Made by a program: the position numbers and the translations under genes
DNA from: Lama guanicoe
Taxonomy: Eukaryota
Direction: 5' to 3'
DNA: 64,000 nucleotides
Assembly: GCA_013239625.1 (NCBI GenBank)
Contig: MU053810.1
Span: 2,925,518 to 2,989,517, forward strand
Part shown: positions 26,800 to 38,100 of the stretch, one piece after another
How the letters are laid out: every line of letters starts with the position of its first letter
Numbering within the stretch: the first letter of the stretch is position 1
The notes under the pieces: generated by a model
Seen by the model: only the letters and a program-made list of their open reading frames with translations
What the model was told of the DNA's origin: nothing
The model's database searches: none

Positions 26800-27115
26800 T
26801 GGGGTGGATATCTCAAAGAAATTTTTCTATTGTCTCTAATTCGGCCCCCTTCTTTCTCCCCTGAATCCAATCTAACCAATTACTGATTTCACCACTCCAC
26901 TGAAACAGCTCTTGATGAGGTAGCCAATCACTTTCACACTATTAAAATCAACAATGCTCAGAACACATCTTATTTGAATTATCACCAGCATCTAACTCAG
27001 CTGATCACTTTCTCCTCCTTAAAATACTTTCTTCACTTGACAGAGACCAAATTTGCCTGGTTTGCTTCCTACTTCACTGGTTGTTCCTTCTCCATCAGTT
27101 TCTCTGCTTAGGTAG
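26800..27115 (+). mobile_element. L2 fragment
   Basis: caccactccactgaaacagctctt...ctgatcactttctcctcctt is the L2 RT (HHSTETAL) region. Confidence 0.7.
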
Positions 27116-28946
27116 TTTCTTCTGCATTCTTGCCAATTTCAACACAAATGGATAGAGAAACACAGATTAAAACAATTTTCTAGATCCTTCTGTTCAAATG
27201 CTACCTTGACACAGAATCTTCTCAATTATCTATGCTTCTTTATTTTCCCATCTTTGCCCATATTGTTAAATGCTCCAGTTGTTCACACCAGCCTAATTAA
27301 CTCTACAAATTAAATCGCATGAATTTATAAATGAAAATTCTACCAGAGTTCACATGCAAGCTAGATTACATAATGCAAAATTTAAACCACTGCTACTGAG
27401 TTTCTGTATTCTCTTAAATTGTCCATAAATAACTGGAAAACACCTTCAAAACCACTGGATAAATTATGTATAAAACTCTGGCTACAGAATTTAATCAATC
27501 ATGATAAATTCTAACAGATAGTCTCAATATTAAAGGCATTCTTACAAGTCTTCCTTATTATATTTCACTAATGACTTTTACACATACTGCATCACTATTT
27601 CCTTTCAAATGAGGTACACTTTGTCTCTATGAGCAGGAAGTGGCATCAGGCGAAGACAATGAATACACACAATTACCACATAATTGTTCGCACATAAGAA
27701 TTTGAAACGTGAAATGGCTTAAACTATTTTACAACTATTACAAAATTGAAATTTGTTAAAATCACAGTGCCACGGCAACAGCACTTCTACATTCAATTAC
27801 AGTTAACTGAAAAGTAAATTTCCATTTACTGTCAAGCTCCACAGTTCACAGAAGTGTGTGATATCCTGTCGGGGGAAATGCGCATTTCATATCTGGTCAC
27901 GTGAAGTGTGCCTTTAATAACAATAGTTGGTAAACCTTATTGTTATTATCATTTGCCCTCTCAACTATTCAAAGCATTTTATGCAGGGCTCAGTCAGAAA
28001 TTCTAAGACTTTCACCCCATAATCCTTAAATCAGTGAAATGGCATCTTCTCTTAGTGGGATTCAGAGACGGGATGTCTACCCTCATTCACCACTTCCAAG
28101 ATGTAAGTAAAGAGAAACAAACGGCCTTTACAAGTTAAAGTCTCACACTAAAAAAGGAAAGAAAACGAAAGGAAAAGAAATAAACAACGATCCTGTGCTG
28201 CTGGCTGGGCTTCTCTTCCTGGAGCACCCCAAGCGCCCCTCCTGCCCTGAACACTTGATAGCTCCTTCTATGGCTTCCAGGACCAACACGGTGGAGGCTT
28301 CAAGTTACTCCAGATTTCGAAACTGTGATAGGAACCCTCATCCAACAGACTAAACAGATTCCAAAGTACAGTGCAAGAAACGCTTCTGCAACCCAGACGC
28401 CAAGCAAAATGCATTCCTATCTTCCCCGAAAAGCAGAGGAAAGGAAGCTGGTTAAAAACAAAAAAAAACAAAAAAACAAGTGTAACTGGGAAGGTGAAAA
28501 TTTAAACTGAGATGCTACTCCTCTTTCCCACATTCAGGGGGCCGGAAAGGAAAAAGATCTACCCGCACCAGTCTTCCTCTCTGCCCCAGCACAGGCAGGT
28601 GCAAGGATCTGCCCCGGAACGGCAGAGGAAAAGAGAAGCGTCCCTCGCCACCCCAGGCTGGTGGCACCGAACAGCCTGTCACTGAGACGGGAACCTGAGA
28701 AGGGGAGCCGGGGGTTGAGGAGTTGGGGAAGGCGGGCCGTTCCTTCCGAGGCTTGTTAAGGAGAGACGCCGGTGTGGATCGGTCTGGGGAGGGCAGCCAA
28801 GCCCAGGATGACCAGTCCTCTCCCGCGTGCCCGGCTCCCTCGGAGGGAACCGGGTCACAGCCCGCCCCACCGCCTCCTTTCCGCCCGGCCCCGCACGCTG
28901 CTGCCGGGGATGCGCGGCCCTCGGGCGGCCCGGGGTCGCCGCTTAC

Positions 28947-29159
28947 CTGCTGCACCCCGAGGAACTGGTAGAAGTTGAGCTGCACCTCCTCCACCAAGTC
29001 AAACAACTCCAGGTCTCCGCTCTCCCAGCCGCGCGCCGGCCCCACGGCCGCCAGCAGCAGCAGCAGCAGCAGCAGCAAGGGCAGCGGCGGCGGGAACCGC
29101 ACGAGCCGGGGCCGGCGGCGTGGAGGAAGCCGGGCCGGCCGGGAGCAGGGAGCCGTCAT
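28947..29159 (-). CDS. DNAJC1: DnaJ homolog subfamily C member 1 (ERdj1/MTJ1), coding part of exon 1: signal peptide and start of the lumenal J-domain region
   Basis: 71 codons MTAPCSRPARLP...LLLLLLLLLAAVGPARGWESGDLELFDLVEEVQLNFYQFLGVQQ match the recalled DNAJC1 N-terminus. The exon ends at CAG|GTAAGC (gcttac at 28941-28946), a phase 0 donor, inside a CpG island. Confidence 0.96.
29052..29078 (-). repeat. Coding TTG(CTG)8 trinucleotide repeat encoding Leu9 in the signal peptide
   Basis: (CAG)8CAA read directly on the + strand. Confidence 0.95.
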
Positions 29160-30571
29160 CGCGCCGGGCCCGGAGAGGTCACCCGCCGCGCGGCGCCGTC
29201 GGCCGAGCCCGGGGACGTGGTGGACAGCGGGGCTGTGAGCACAGTGCCTGTCAGAAGCAGGGGCAACTGCCCCGGAGGCGCCCGCCCCACGGCCGCTTCT
29301 GGCCGGAGGGTTGGGGCGGGCGGGTTGGGCCCGGCCGCGGTTGGCTCTACCCTCCGCGGACCCTCACCCCTCGCCCAGGCCTACGAACAGCTGGAGAGGC
29401 AACGCCGGCCGCTGAGGCTGCACTGGGGGAAGAGGCTTCCCCTCGCCTCAGCCTATCCCAGACCTCGCTTCCGGTGACATCACGTCTCCTAGCAACCGCG
29501 GGGAGGGGGAGGGGCCGGAAGTAGGGAAACCGGCACCTCGGATCGGGGCCTCTGAGAAACACCTAGAAGCCGCCGGCGTGCTCGGAGCAGCAGTACCTGT
29601 GTGGACACGGATTAGGAGAGACGTGGACAGTTACAGACATCGCGCATCTACCTGCAACATCCCAACTATCCCTGAAATAGCAACCTTCTTATCTCCCCCG
29701 TGTAGAAAACTAAAAGCATATTTGAAGACTGACTTATTGATTATTGAACGGTCTCTGTTCCATGTATTTCATTATTTCATCTGCAAAGATACAGGACTTG
29801 AACCCAGGATCTGAAAGGGGGCAAATCTAGTGAGTAGTGTAAAGTATACTTTTGAGAAAGGTGAAGAAGAGATGGAATTTGAACCAAGACAAAAAGCATA
29901 CTTCTAATTATGATTTAAGATTTACAGGCATACCATAAAATACGCAGCCTGGTAGAAATTAGTGTGACTCAATCACAGCCTTAGGGGAAGTGTTTATTCA
30001 CTTTAGCCAATTTCTAGTTAGTGTTGCTTTCCCAAATGAGGTCTATTTTAAAGACATTTAGGCTAAAAACCTCTCTTTCCCACCAATGTCTCACCTCCTA
30101 CTCCTATCCTCTTAAAATCTTTTTTGCCTCCACCACTATTGCTTTGTGTTATGTGAGCCTTATTATTTTCTTCGCTTTCTCACATTTCTCCTCCCCAACT
30201 CCCTACTCTCATTGAGTAAGTAGAAGGGAATAAACAAAATGCTTGCTGCATTCAGTATGCTTGACCAGTTTTGAGAGTTTGATCTTAACGCTTTTCCCAT
30301 TTTGGATCCAGCCAGCTGAATTAATCTCAGCAGGATAATGATAAAGCTACTTTTACTCTCATAGTTGGAGTATATTATGTTTGACAAAGGTTAGAGAAAC
30401 AGTATCTAGGAAGTAAATCTTACTGAAGAAATCCTTTTATTATTGCAGGCGTTTAAAATATTTAAAAATACATAAATATAAGTATATCTTGCTTAAAAAT
30501 CTTACAAGCTTGAATTTATCCCATTTTAAATTCATCAGGAGGCTTAACTTTCAAAGAGACAAGAGCACAGG

Positions 30572-30956
30572 TGTCTTAGCTACAGCTCCTGTAACAAAAT
30601 ACCATAGGATGGTGGCTTAAACAGCAGATACGTATTTCTCATAGTTCTGGAGGCGGGGAGGTCCACAGCTGGGAAGTGTCAGCACGGTCCAGTTCTGGTT
30701 CAAGCCCTCTTCCAGGTTCCAGAGGGCTGCCTTCTTGCAGTACCTTCACATGATGGGGGTGTGGGGGAGGGGGAGAAAGCAATCTAGTGTTTCCTCTTAC
30801 AAGGGCACCAATCCAATCCCATGGTGTGGGCTTCACCACCTTGATCTCATCCAAACCTAATTACCTCCCAAAGGCCCCACCCCCAAATACCATCACGTTG
30901 GGAATTAGGGCTTCAACCTGTGATTTGCAGAGGGCACAAACATTCAGTCCATTGCA
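30572..30956 (-). mobile_element. MLT1A-type MaLR solo LTR
   Basis: tgtcttag...cattcagtccattgca termini, 5-bp TSD acagg/agagg. Confidence 0.85.
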
Positions 30957-32319
30957 AGAGGTATCACCTTTTTTTGTGTATCCCCAGTGACAAGCACAAT
31001 GCATTGCACATGCTAGCATTCAATTAGTTGAATTGAATCCTGTGAATATCTTCCCACCTCCATTTCTCCCACTATAGTGTTTTAGTTTGATTTTTGATGT
31101 ATCAGTCTTCTTAAAGTGACAGGCATTTTTATGAAGTCTCTAAATTAGCTTCAATGAGTAAAACATCAAAATAAAATGAGAGCAATGATCTTAAGCACTA
31201 CTTTTACATAATTATCTCAACATTCATCTTTTCTCCTAATTTAATCATTGGATTAAGTGCAATATAACATTTGAAACTGGTGCCATATGCCATAAATCTA
31301 AGATTCTTGCCTTGATATTTTAGCAATCTGGTATTTCCCTCTTGAGCTCTATTCTTATATTGTCCAAGAACTCTAAGGACTTTCTTCACTTAAAGGGAAT
31401 AGTTCTCTTTCCCAGACCAAGCTGAAACAGAACTGAAGCCTATTCAGTGCAGAACAGCTATGGCTTCTCACTGCCATAAGGTATTGCTCTTGACGCTTCT
31501 TTCTGCTCCGTTCCAACGACCCTGGTCCACTCTGCAATGATATCTTTGCTTGTTCTGGTCCAGGTCTCTGCAAAGACTGCAGTGACACTCACATTTTAGA
31601 CTTCAAGTTTGGCATCTTCACGTGTTCAGTCTTGTCCCCCAGAGGACAACACAATTGAATAAATCTTCTTTTGCTGAAGCCGGGATTAAGTGAGCACACA
31701 ATCAATAGCTGTTTTCTTATCTGGTGACATTTAATGATTCTGGGCATGGATGGCTGAAGCTTTGCCTAGCCCGGGCAGAGGGAGCATACACAGGAAAAGA
31801 GAAACCAGGGAAATGTTTAACAGTCACATGAGTTGTATAATGTACTGGAAATGAACCAGAGCCCCAGACTTACAGCCCGCTTTCCCAGAGAGCATTTGCT
31901 GAATCCTGGGGTGGTACAGGAGGCTGAAGGATTGGGTCCGACAGGAGGAGGAAAATCCCCCCACATACTACCAGTGCAAACAAAATAAACTCCACCTTAA
32001 AAGAGGACCTGCCTCAAATACACAGGCAGTCTTCCCCCTCAAGACATCCGTAATATTTCTCAAGTTATATGAGTAGGAGGATAAAGATCTAAGTGTAAAA
32101 CCTCTGAATAGCAGAACTGAATCTGCTGGGTTGAGGAGATAGAAACCTTGTAGGCTCTTTATCAAAAGCCCAGAGGAATCACATCTAAGAAACAGAGAAG
32201 CCAGAAGTTGACTGAATCTTGCAAGAACTCCAACCCAGCTCAATCCCTGACCCTCCCCCTCTTTGTCTATTTTCACCTCTAGGGGTGAAACACCATGTCT
32301 ATTGTCTATAGTTTTTAAT

Positions 32320-34065
32320 ATAAAAGCTTGGCATGTGATTAAAAAAAGTTATGAGATGTGAAAAAAACAGGAAACTTTGACCAATAACCAAGAGGGAAAA
32401 AGTAGATAACAGAAGACCCATAGATAAGCCAGCTATTGGAGTCCAGATAAGGACTTTAAAATAACTATTATAAAATAGAATGGTAGGTTACAAAATAGAA
32501 AAAAAGTGGACAAAATGGATTAGAAGATGCAGCATTTCAACAGGGAATTGGAATCCATAAGAAGGAATCAATGGAAAATCTCAGGTTGAAAAATATAATA
32601 TCTGAAATCAAGAACTCAGTGGATGGGTTTAACAGCAGACTGGACACAGAAGAACAGAGGATTAATGAATTTGAGGACAGGTCAAGAAAAAAATACCCAG
32701 ACTGAAGCACAGAGAGAAAAAAGAATGGAGAGACATAGCAGAGCTTAAAATGCATGTAGATGCAGTGAACAAATTGAACAGGCATGTAACTGGAGTCCTA
32801 GAAAAAGAGGAGAGAGAGAATGAAGCAGAAGCAATAATTATAGAAACAATGGCCAAGAATTTTACAAAACTAATGAAAGACATGAAACCAAAAATGAAAA
32901 GAAAAATTCAAAATAGATCATAGGCCTAAAGGTAAAAGATAAAACTATAAAACTCTTGTTTAAAAAAAATAGGAATAAACCTTAGGGACCTTAGTGACCT
33001 TGGGTAGCCAATGGACTCTTAGATATAATGCCAAAAGCATGTGACAGAGGAAAATAAAAAATAAATTGAACTTTTGTGTTACAAACAATACCATCAAGAA
33101 AGTGGAAAGACAACCAAAATAATGGGAGAAAATATTTGCAAACCACGTATCTGATACCATCAAGAAAGTGGAAAGACAACCAAAATAACGGGAGAAAATA
33201 TTTGCAAACCCATTTAGAGAATGTAAAGAATTCTTACAACTCAACATTTTTTAAAATGGGCAGTGGATTTCTCCAAAACAGGTCAGTACAGGTCACACAA
33301 AAGGTCAATAAGTACATGAAAGATACTCAACATCATTAGCCATTAGGAAAATGCAAATCAAAACTACAAAGAGATATGATGGCAAAAATTTAAAAGACAG
33401 ACAGAAAAGGAGGTTAGTGAAGATGTGGAGAAATTTGAACCCTCATATATTGCTGGTGGGAATGCAAACTAATGCAGCACCATGGGAAAACAGTTTGGCA
33501 GTTCCTTTAAAAACTAAATATACAGTTACTATATGGCCCAGCAATTCCGCTCCTAGGTATATACACAAGAAAAAGAAAAGCATACATGATCATAGCAGTA
33601 TTATTCATACTAACCAAAGAGTTGGGAACAACCCAAATGCCCATCAACTGACGAATGAATAAACAAAATGTGGTATAGCCATAAAATGGAATATTATCTG
33701 ACAATTAAACAAAATGAAATACCGATGCATGCTATAACATGGATGAACTTTGAAAATATTAAGCCAATTGAAAGACATCAGATACAGACCATGCATTATA
33801 AGATTTCATTTATATGAAATATAATAGGCAAACTTTCAAAGACAAAATGTAGGTTAGTGGTTACTTAGGACTAGAGGTGGGGGCGGTTGGAGACTTACTA
33901 CTAATGGATATGGAATTTCTTTTAGGGGGTATGAAAATGTTCTAAAATTAGATTATGGTGGTGGTTGCATAACCCTGGGATTGTACTAAAAAACATTAAC
34001 TTGTATACTTAAATGGGTGAATTGTGTGGTTTGTCGATTGCATCTCAACAGGACTGTTTAAAAAA
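32320..34065 (+). mobile_element. Old L1 pieces: ORF1 fragment (about 32320-32900) and ORF2 3' end with 3'UTR (about 32900-34065)
   Basis: ORF1 coiled-coil-like DNA (gatgggtttaacagcagactggacacag), ORF2 C-terminal motifs and an L1MB/MC-type 3'UTR. Confidence 0.85.
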
Positions 34066-35164
34066 TGAAAAGAAAGATGCAATAAGATCAGTAAGCCCCA
34101 AGTAGGAGATGCAAAACAAAAAACAAACAAAACTGAAAACATGCCTCAGTGTATCTTACACTGCAGAAAAGCTTGTGGGATGTCGTGAAGGCAGTGACTT
34201 CAGAGACCATTTGTAGCCTTAAATGTCTTAAAGAAGAAAGGCAAATTCATGAGCTAAATGTTCAACATAAAAGGTTACATAAATTACTACAAAGTAAACA
34301 TAGAGTGAAGGTCTCAATGGGGACACCTAATTGTTTTCAACATGGCATTTCTGCAAGTGAGCTAGAAACACATCAGATCTTATATGAAGAATTTTTAAGA
34401 ATTTTCATCAGTTTGTAGATTCTGGTGTTGACAAGTTTCAAGGTGTGACCATGATAGTCTGTGGCCAAGAAGCATTGGAACAGGATGTCACTGGGAATGA
34501 GGCAAGCAGGGACAATCTAGGGTGTTGGATGGGTTAGACACCTAGAAAGTGTCTGAAGGCATTTAGATCTTCTTATACATGAACTTGAACATCATAATGA
34601 CCACTCCTTTCGGGGGGGGGGGTGAAAGATCAATGGTAATTTCATAAACCAGTAGGACTCAAAGAGGTAGTCTATCCCTTTCCTTTGGGTAAGATCCAAT
34701 AACTATATCAAACAAAATTGAACATAATACCTGTCACAGCAGAAATCCAAATCTCTCTTAAAATCGCCATTTCTAAATGATTTTGAAAAGTCTGTCTCTC
34801 ACTAAATCTTAAAATTTTCTCTTTTGCCCCTTTTTTTTGGCTGTTTCTCAAATATATGCACTTGAAGTTCTAAGATATCATTGCTCTCTCCTGGAAAATT
34901 ATCTTCACTCAGTAATTTATTTATCCAAACATCATTCATGAACTTATATTGAGTTGACAAAGGTTAGAAAAATATTGTTTGGGGGAAGCACCTCCTTGGA
35001 AAATAATCCCTTTTTTATTGCCGTATTGAATTTTAATCTTTTGAAGCTCCTCATAAACAAATACAGATGTCCTTTATGTCATAAATAATAAATAAATTTC
35101 TTCATGTTGACTTTATGGTTTTTACTTCTTTGAATAATGTACTATTTGCTCAAATAATCTCATA

Positions 35165-35380
35165 GTGCATAAGAATACAGATTCTAGAGAGAGATTGATT
35201 AAATTTGAATCCTAGCTCTACTACTTTCCAGCTGGGTGATCCCCGTGTTTCAATTTCCTCCTCCGTAAAATTAGGATGATAATGCTACCAAAATCATAAA
35301 ACACTACCAAAACTGTTGTGGTAACTAGGCGAGCTAATTACAGCCTGGTATATAGTAACTGCTTTTTAAATGTTACCATT
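35165..35380 (+). mobile_element. MIR SINE
   Basis: tttgaatcctagctctactact...gtttcaatttcctcctccgtaaaatt. Confidence 0.7.
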
Positions 35381-36283
35381 ATGCTATGAGAAGTCTCCAT
35401 CTACCTTGTATTAAGAGCTCCATAAAGAAATCTTATCTATTCTTAAAATATTTAGATTCTGTCTTTAAAATCACTTGTTGTTAAACTTAGGCTGAGAATA
35501 CCCACTTGACAAGAAAAGTATCCAATCAGGTGCCTGCCCAAGATGATGGGAGATAAGACTGCCTTTACAAATGACTGGTTCACAAAGCCAGTTTACTCTT
35601 TTTTGTTCCAACTCCATAAAACATTATTCATGATTTTCCTGCTAAATTTGACTTAAAGATACACAATAGATACCTAATTAAAAGCATGTGACCCAAGTGA
35701 ACAAAAGGAAGGGGAAATAGTTACATTCAATGATTTAATCACTAAAGACTCACTGCTGATTGCCTCAGCCAAAATAGCTGTCTTTTCAGATAATGTTTTG
35801 TGCTTTACATAGACTTGAATGTGCCTCAGTAGAATCCATGTAAACATTTCTTTCTTCTAACATCTTCCACAGTCCCGAGATTATCATTTATTTCTCAAAG
35901 ATTTCTGTCAATTCACCTGAATCACTTTTTAAGTGTGAAAATTTGTTTTTCTCTTTTTTCCTGAAACTAACCAAGAAGGATATTCTGTCCTACTGGCTCC
36001 TCACTTCAGCCCCAGCACACCAATCACCATACTTCCCTCATATACGAAAGCTCCAATTAGTCTGCAAAAGAAAATTTTAACAGACCTCTTCATCATCTAT
36101 TCTTCCAGGCTGCACAGCGTGGCTTTGGCTTTGGCATTTCATTTTGGCATTTGTTTGTGATGCCAAATTGAAACACAAAGGAAAATAGTACAAAGTTGCT
36201 GTTCACCTCAGTCAGTAGGCCACACAGCTAAGGCATTCGTTTATGCGTAAAAATTCAGTGACTCATAAATGTTTACTATCAAA

Positions 36284-36286
<3 letters not shown>

Positions 36287-36322
<36 letters not shown>
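36287..36322. repeat. (GT)18 microsatellite at the position of the retrocopy poly(A) tail
   Basis: Lies between the retrocopy 3' end and the TSD. Confidence 0.95.
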
Positions 36323-36324
<2 letters not shown>

Positions 36325-38100
36325 AGACTAGAGATTTTATTTTAGAAGGATAAAGGATGGAGGCACAATAATATTTGGCATTTTTAATTTAGGTTTGTTT
36401 TATTTAAGTTTAATGTTAATCCACGCTGTGTTTCAGTAAGAACAATACAGATTCTGTATCTGTGGCTCCAGTCAGATACCAAGTAGTACAAATTAGCTTC
36501 AAGTTACACATACTGAACGAAAGAGGTTGAGTGAGCAAAGAAGGGGAGGAGGGGCCTGAGGGGAGAGGGAAGAAGAAGAAACAAAGAATTGAACACGCAT
36601 GCAGGCTTTTCCATTCCACCTTCAATGCTAACCTGCTTCAGAGGGACAGTAAAAGTAGGCAAGAATGAGCAGCCACGGATTGTTGAACTGTTACCAGCAC
36701 ACTTCTCAGCAACATTTCAGCAGAGTTTGAAACACTTTTTACAGCAAAGTCATTATAACAAACTCCCCAAACAACCTTTTTTAACCACCTCAAGCTAACA
36801 CCTGATTAATTTTAAACATTGGTATAAAATTCCATTTAAACAATTAGAAATGGGAAAATGATACCACATACACCTCTATAGTGTGATTAACCTTTCTCCT
36901 AGATGCTTGTATCACCTACAAGTCTAATGGTTTCAAATGTAATCCATTTCTAATGGTAGTCTTGCCACATTTGGCAGGAGACAATACAGAAATGCTGAAA
37001 AAGCCTCTATGCAGTCCTGTTAAGTGTCTTAAAGAACCTAAAAGCTGGGACTAGTAAAATCCACAGAAATTCACTCTTGCCTTTAAGAACTTTTGAAAAC
37101 TTAAAACAAAACAAAACAAAACCCAACAGGGCAGGAACCTAAATTCTGAGACCAAATGTAAAAGTCAGATTTGGTGGTTCTCAATGACAATGGGGGAATT
37201 TCCAAGATGGGTGGGATGGGAAGGTGTAGGGTGGTCAGAGATGGTTTCTCTTTTTGGCTTTTATGTCTCCCTGATTTTCGTCTTCCACATCCTGCAGTGC
37301 TTCTTTATTCTGCTCTTCACCATCACCCTGCATGTCTGAAGTCCATAGTGTCAGGTTATCACGTAACAACTGCATGATAAGTGTAGAGTCCTTACAGCTT
37401 TCTTCACTCAGCATATCCAGTTCTGCAATTGCATCATCAAAAGCTGCTTTTGCCAACCTGCAGGCATGGTCAGGGGAATTAAGAATTTCGTAGTAGAATA
37501 CAGAAAAATTGAGAGCAAGACCTAAGCGAATGGGGTGTGTTGGTGGAAGTTCTGGCACAGCAATATCACTAGCAGCTTTATAAGCCACTAGGCTGTTCTC
37601 CGCAGCCTCCTTCCTGTCGTTTCCTATGGCAAATTCAGTGAGATACCTGTGATAGTTCCCTTTCATTTTATAATAGAAAACCTTGGACTTGCCAGTGTTA
37701 GCTGCTGGAATGAGGTGTTTGTCCAGTACATCCAGAAAGTCACAACAGATTAACTTTAGCTCAGCCTCAACCATTTGCCGATATTCCCGAATCAGTTTTA
37801 GTTTGTCTTCTCCTCCCTTGTTTTCTTCTTTCTGTTCAATGCTGCTGATGATTCTCCAGGAAGCTCTTCTAGCTCCAATCACATTTTTATATGCAACAGA
37901 TAGAAGGTTTCTTTCTTCACCTGTCAACTCCACATCCATCCCTGCTCCTTTCTTCATTGATTCCACCACTTCATCATATCACTCAGCCTGCTCGGCCAGC
38001 TTCGCCTGATACACCAGATCCTCCTGATCATCCATAGCGGCAGTGGCTCTGGCAGGGTCTGCACGACGGATGGAAGCGGATGGCGTCTCCGACTGTCTCC
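36287..38100 (-). pseudogene. YWHAE: Full-length processed pseudogene of 14-3-3 epsilon (5'UTR 38100-38036, CDS-homologous 38035-37268, about 0.95 kb 3'UTR)
   Basis: Intronless. Translates as [28 protein letters not shown]...DVEDENQ, with a TGA at codon 19 (37979-37981) and the native stop changed to GGA. AATAAA at 36336-36341 and 36399-36404 (minus). Exact 14-bp TSD TTACTATCAAATTT at 36273-36286 and 38101-38114. Confidence 0.97.

Larger units (their letters stand above)
1..28946 (-). other. DNAJC1: DNAJC1 intron 1 (partial, continues beyond the left edge)
   Basis: Follows the GT donor. The next expected exon (DASSADIRKAYRKLSLTLHPDKN...) was not found in the window. Sequence is AT-rich and repeat-rich. 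Confidence 0.85.
28540..29650. promoter_or_regulatory. DNAJC1 CpG island and TATA-less promoter
   Basis: Very GC- and CpG-rich. GC boxes at 29281-29288 and 29313-29320, ETS cores CTTCCGG 29468-29474 and CCGGAAGT 29515-29522, CRE-like TGACATCA 29475-29482, RFX-like GTCTCCTAGCAAC 29484-29496. Confidence 0.9.

Noticed and set aside
28515..28946. 214-aa ORF continuing past DNAJC1 exon 1
   Set aside because: Homology stops at the GTAAGC donor. The remainder is GC-rich intron read-through that lacks stops by composition.
28827..29477. 216-aa plus-strand ORF with a Gln9 tract, and other overlapping ORFs in the island
   Set aside because: GTG start, antisense shadow of the poly-Leu codons in a stop-poor CpG island.
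37683..38009. 108-aa plus-strand ORF
   Set aside because: Antisense of the YWHAE retrocopy coding sequence, non-ATG start.
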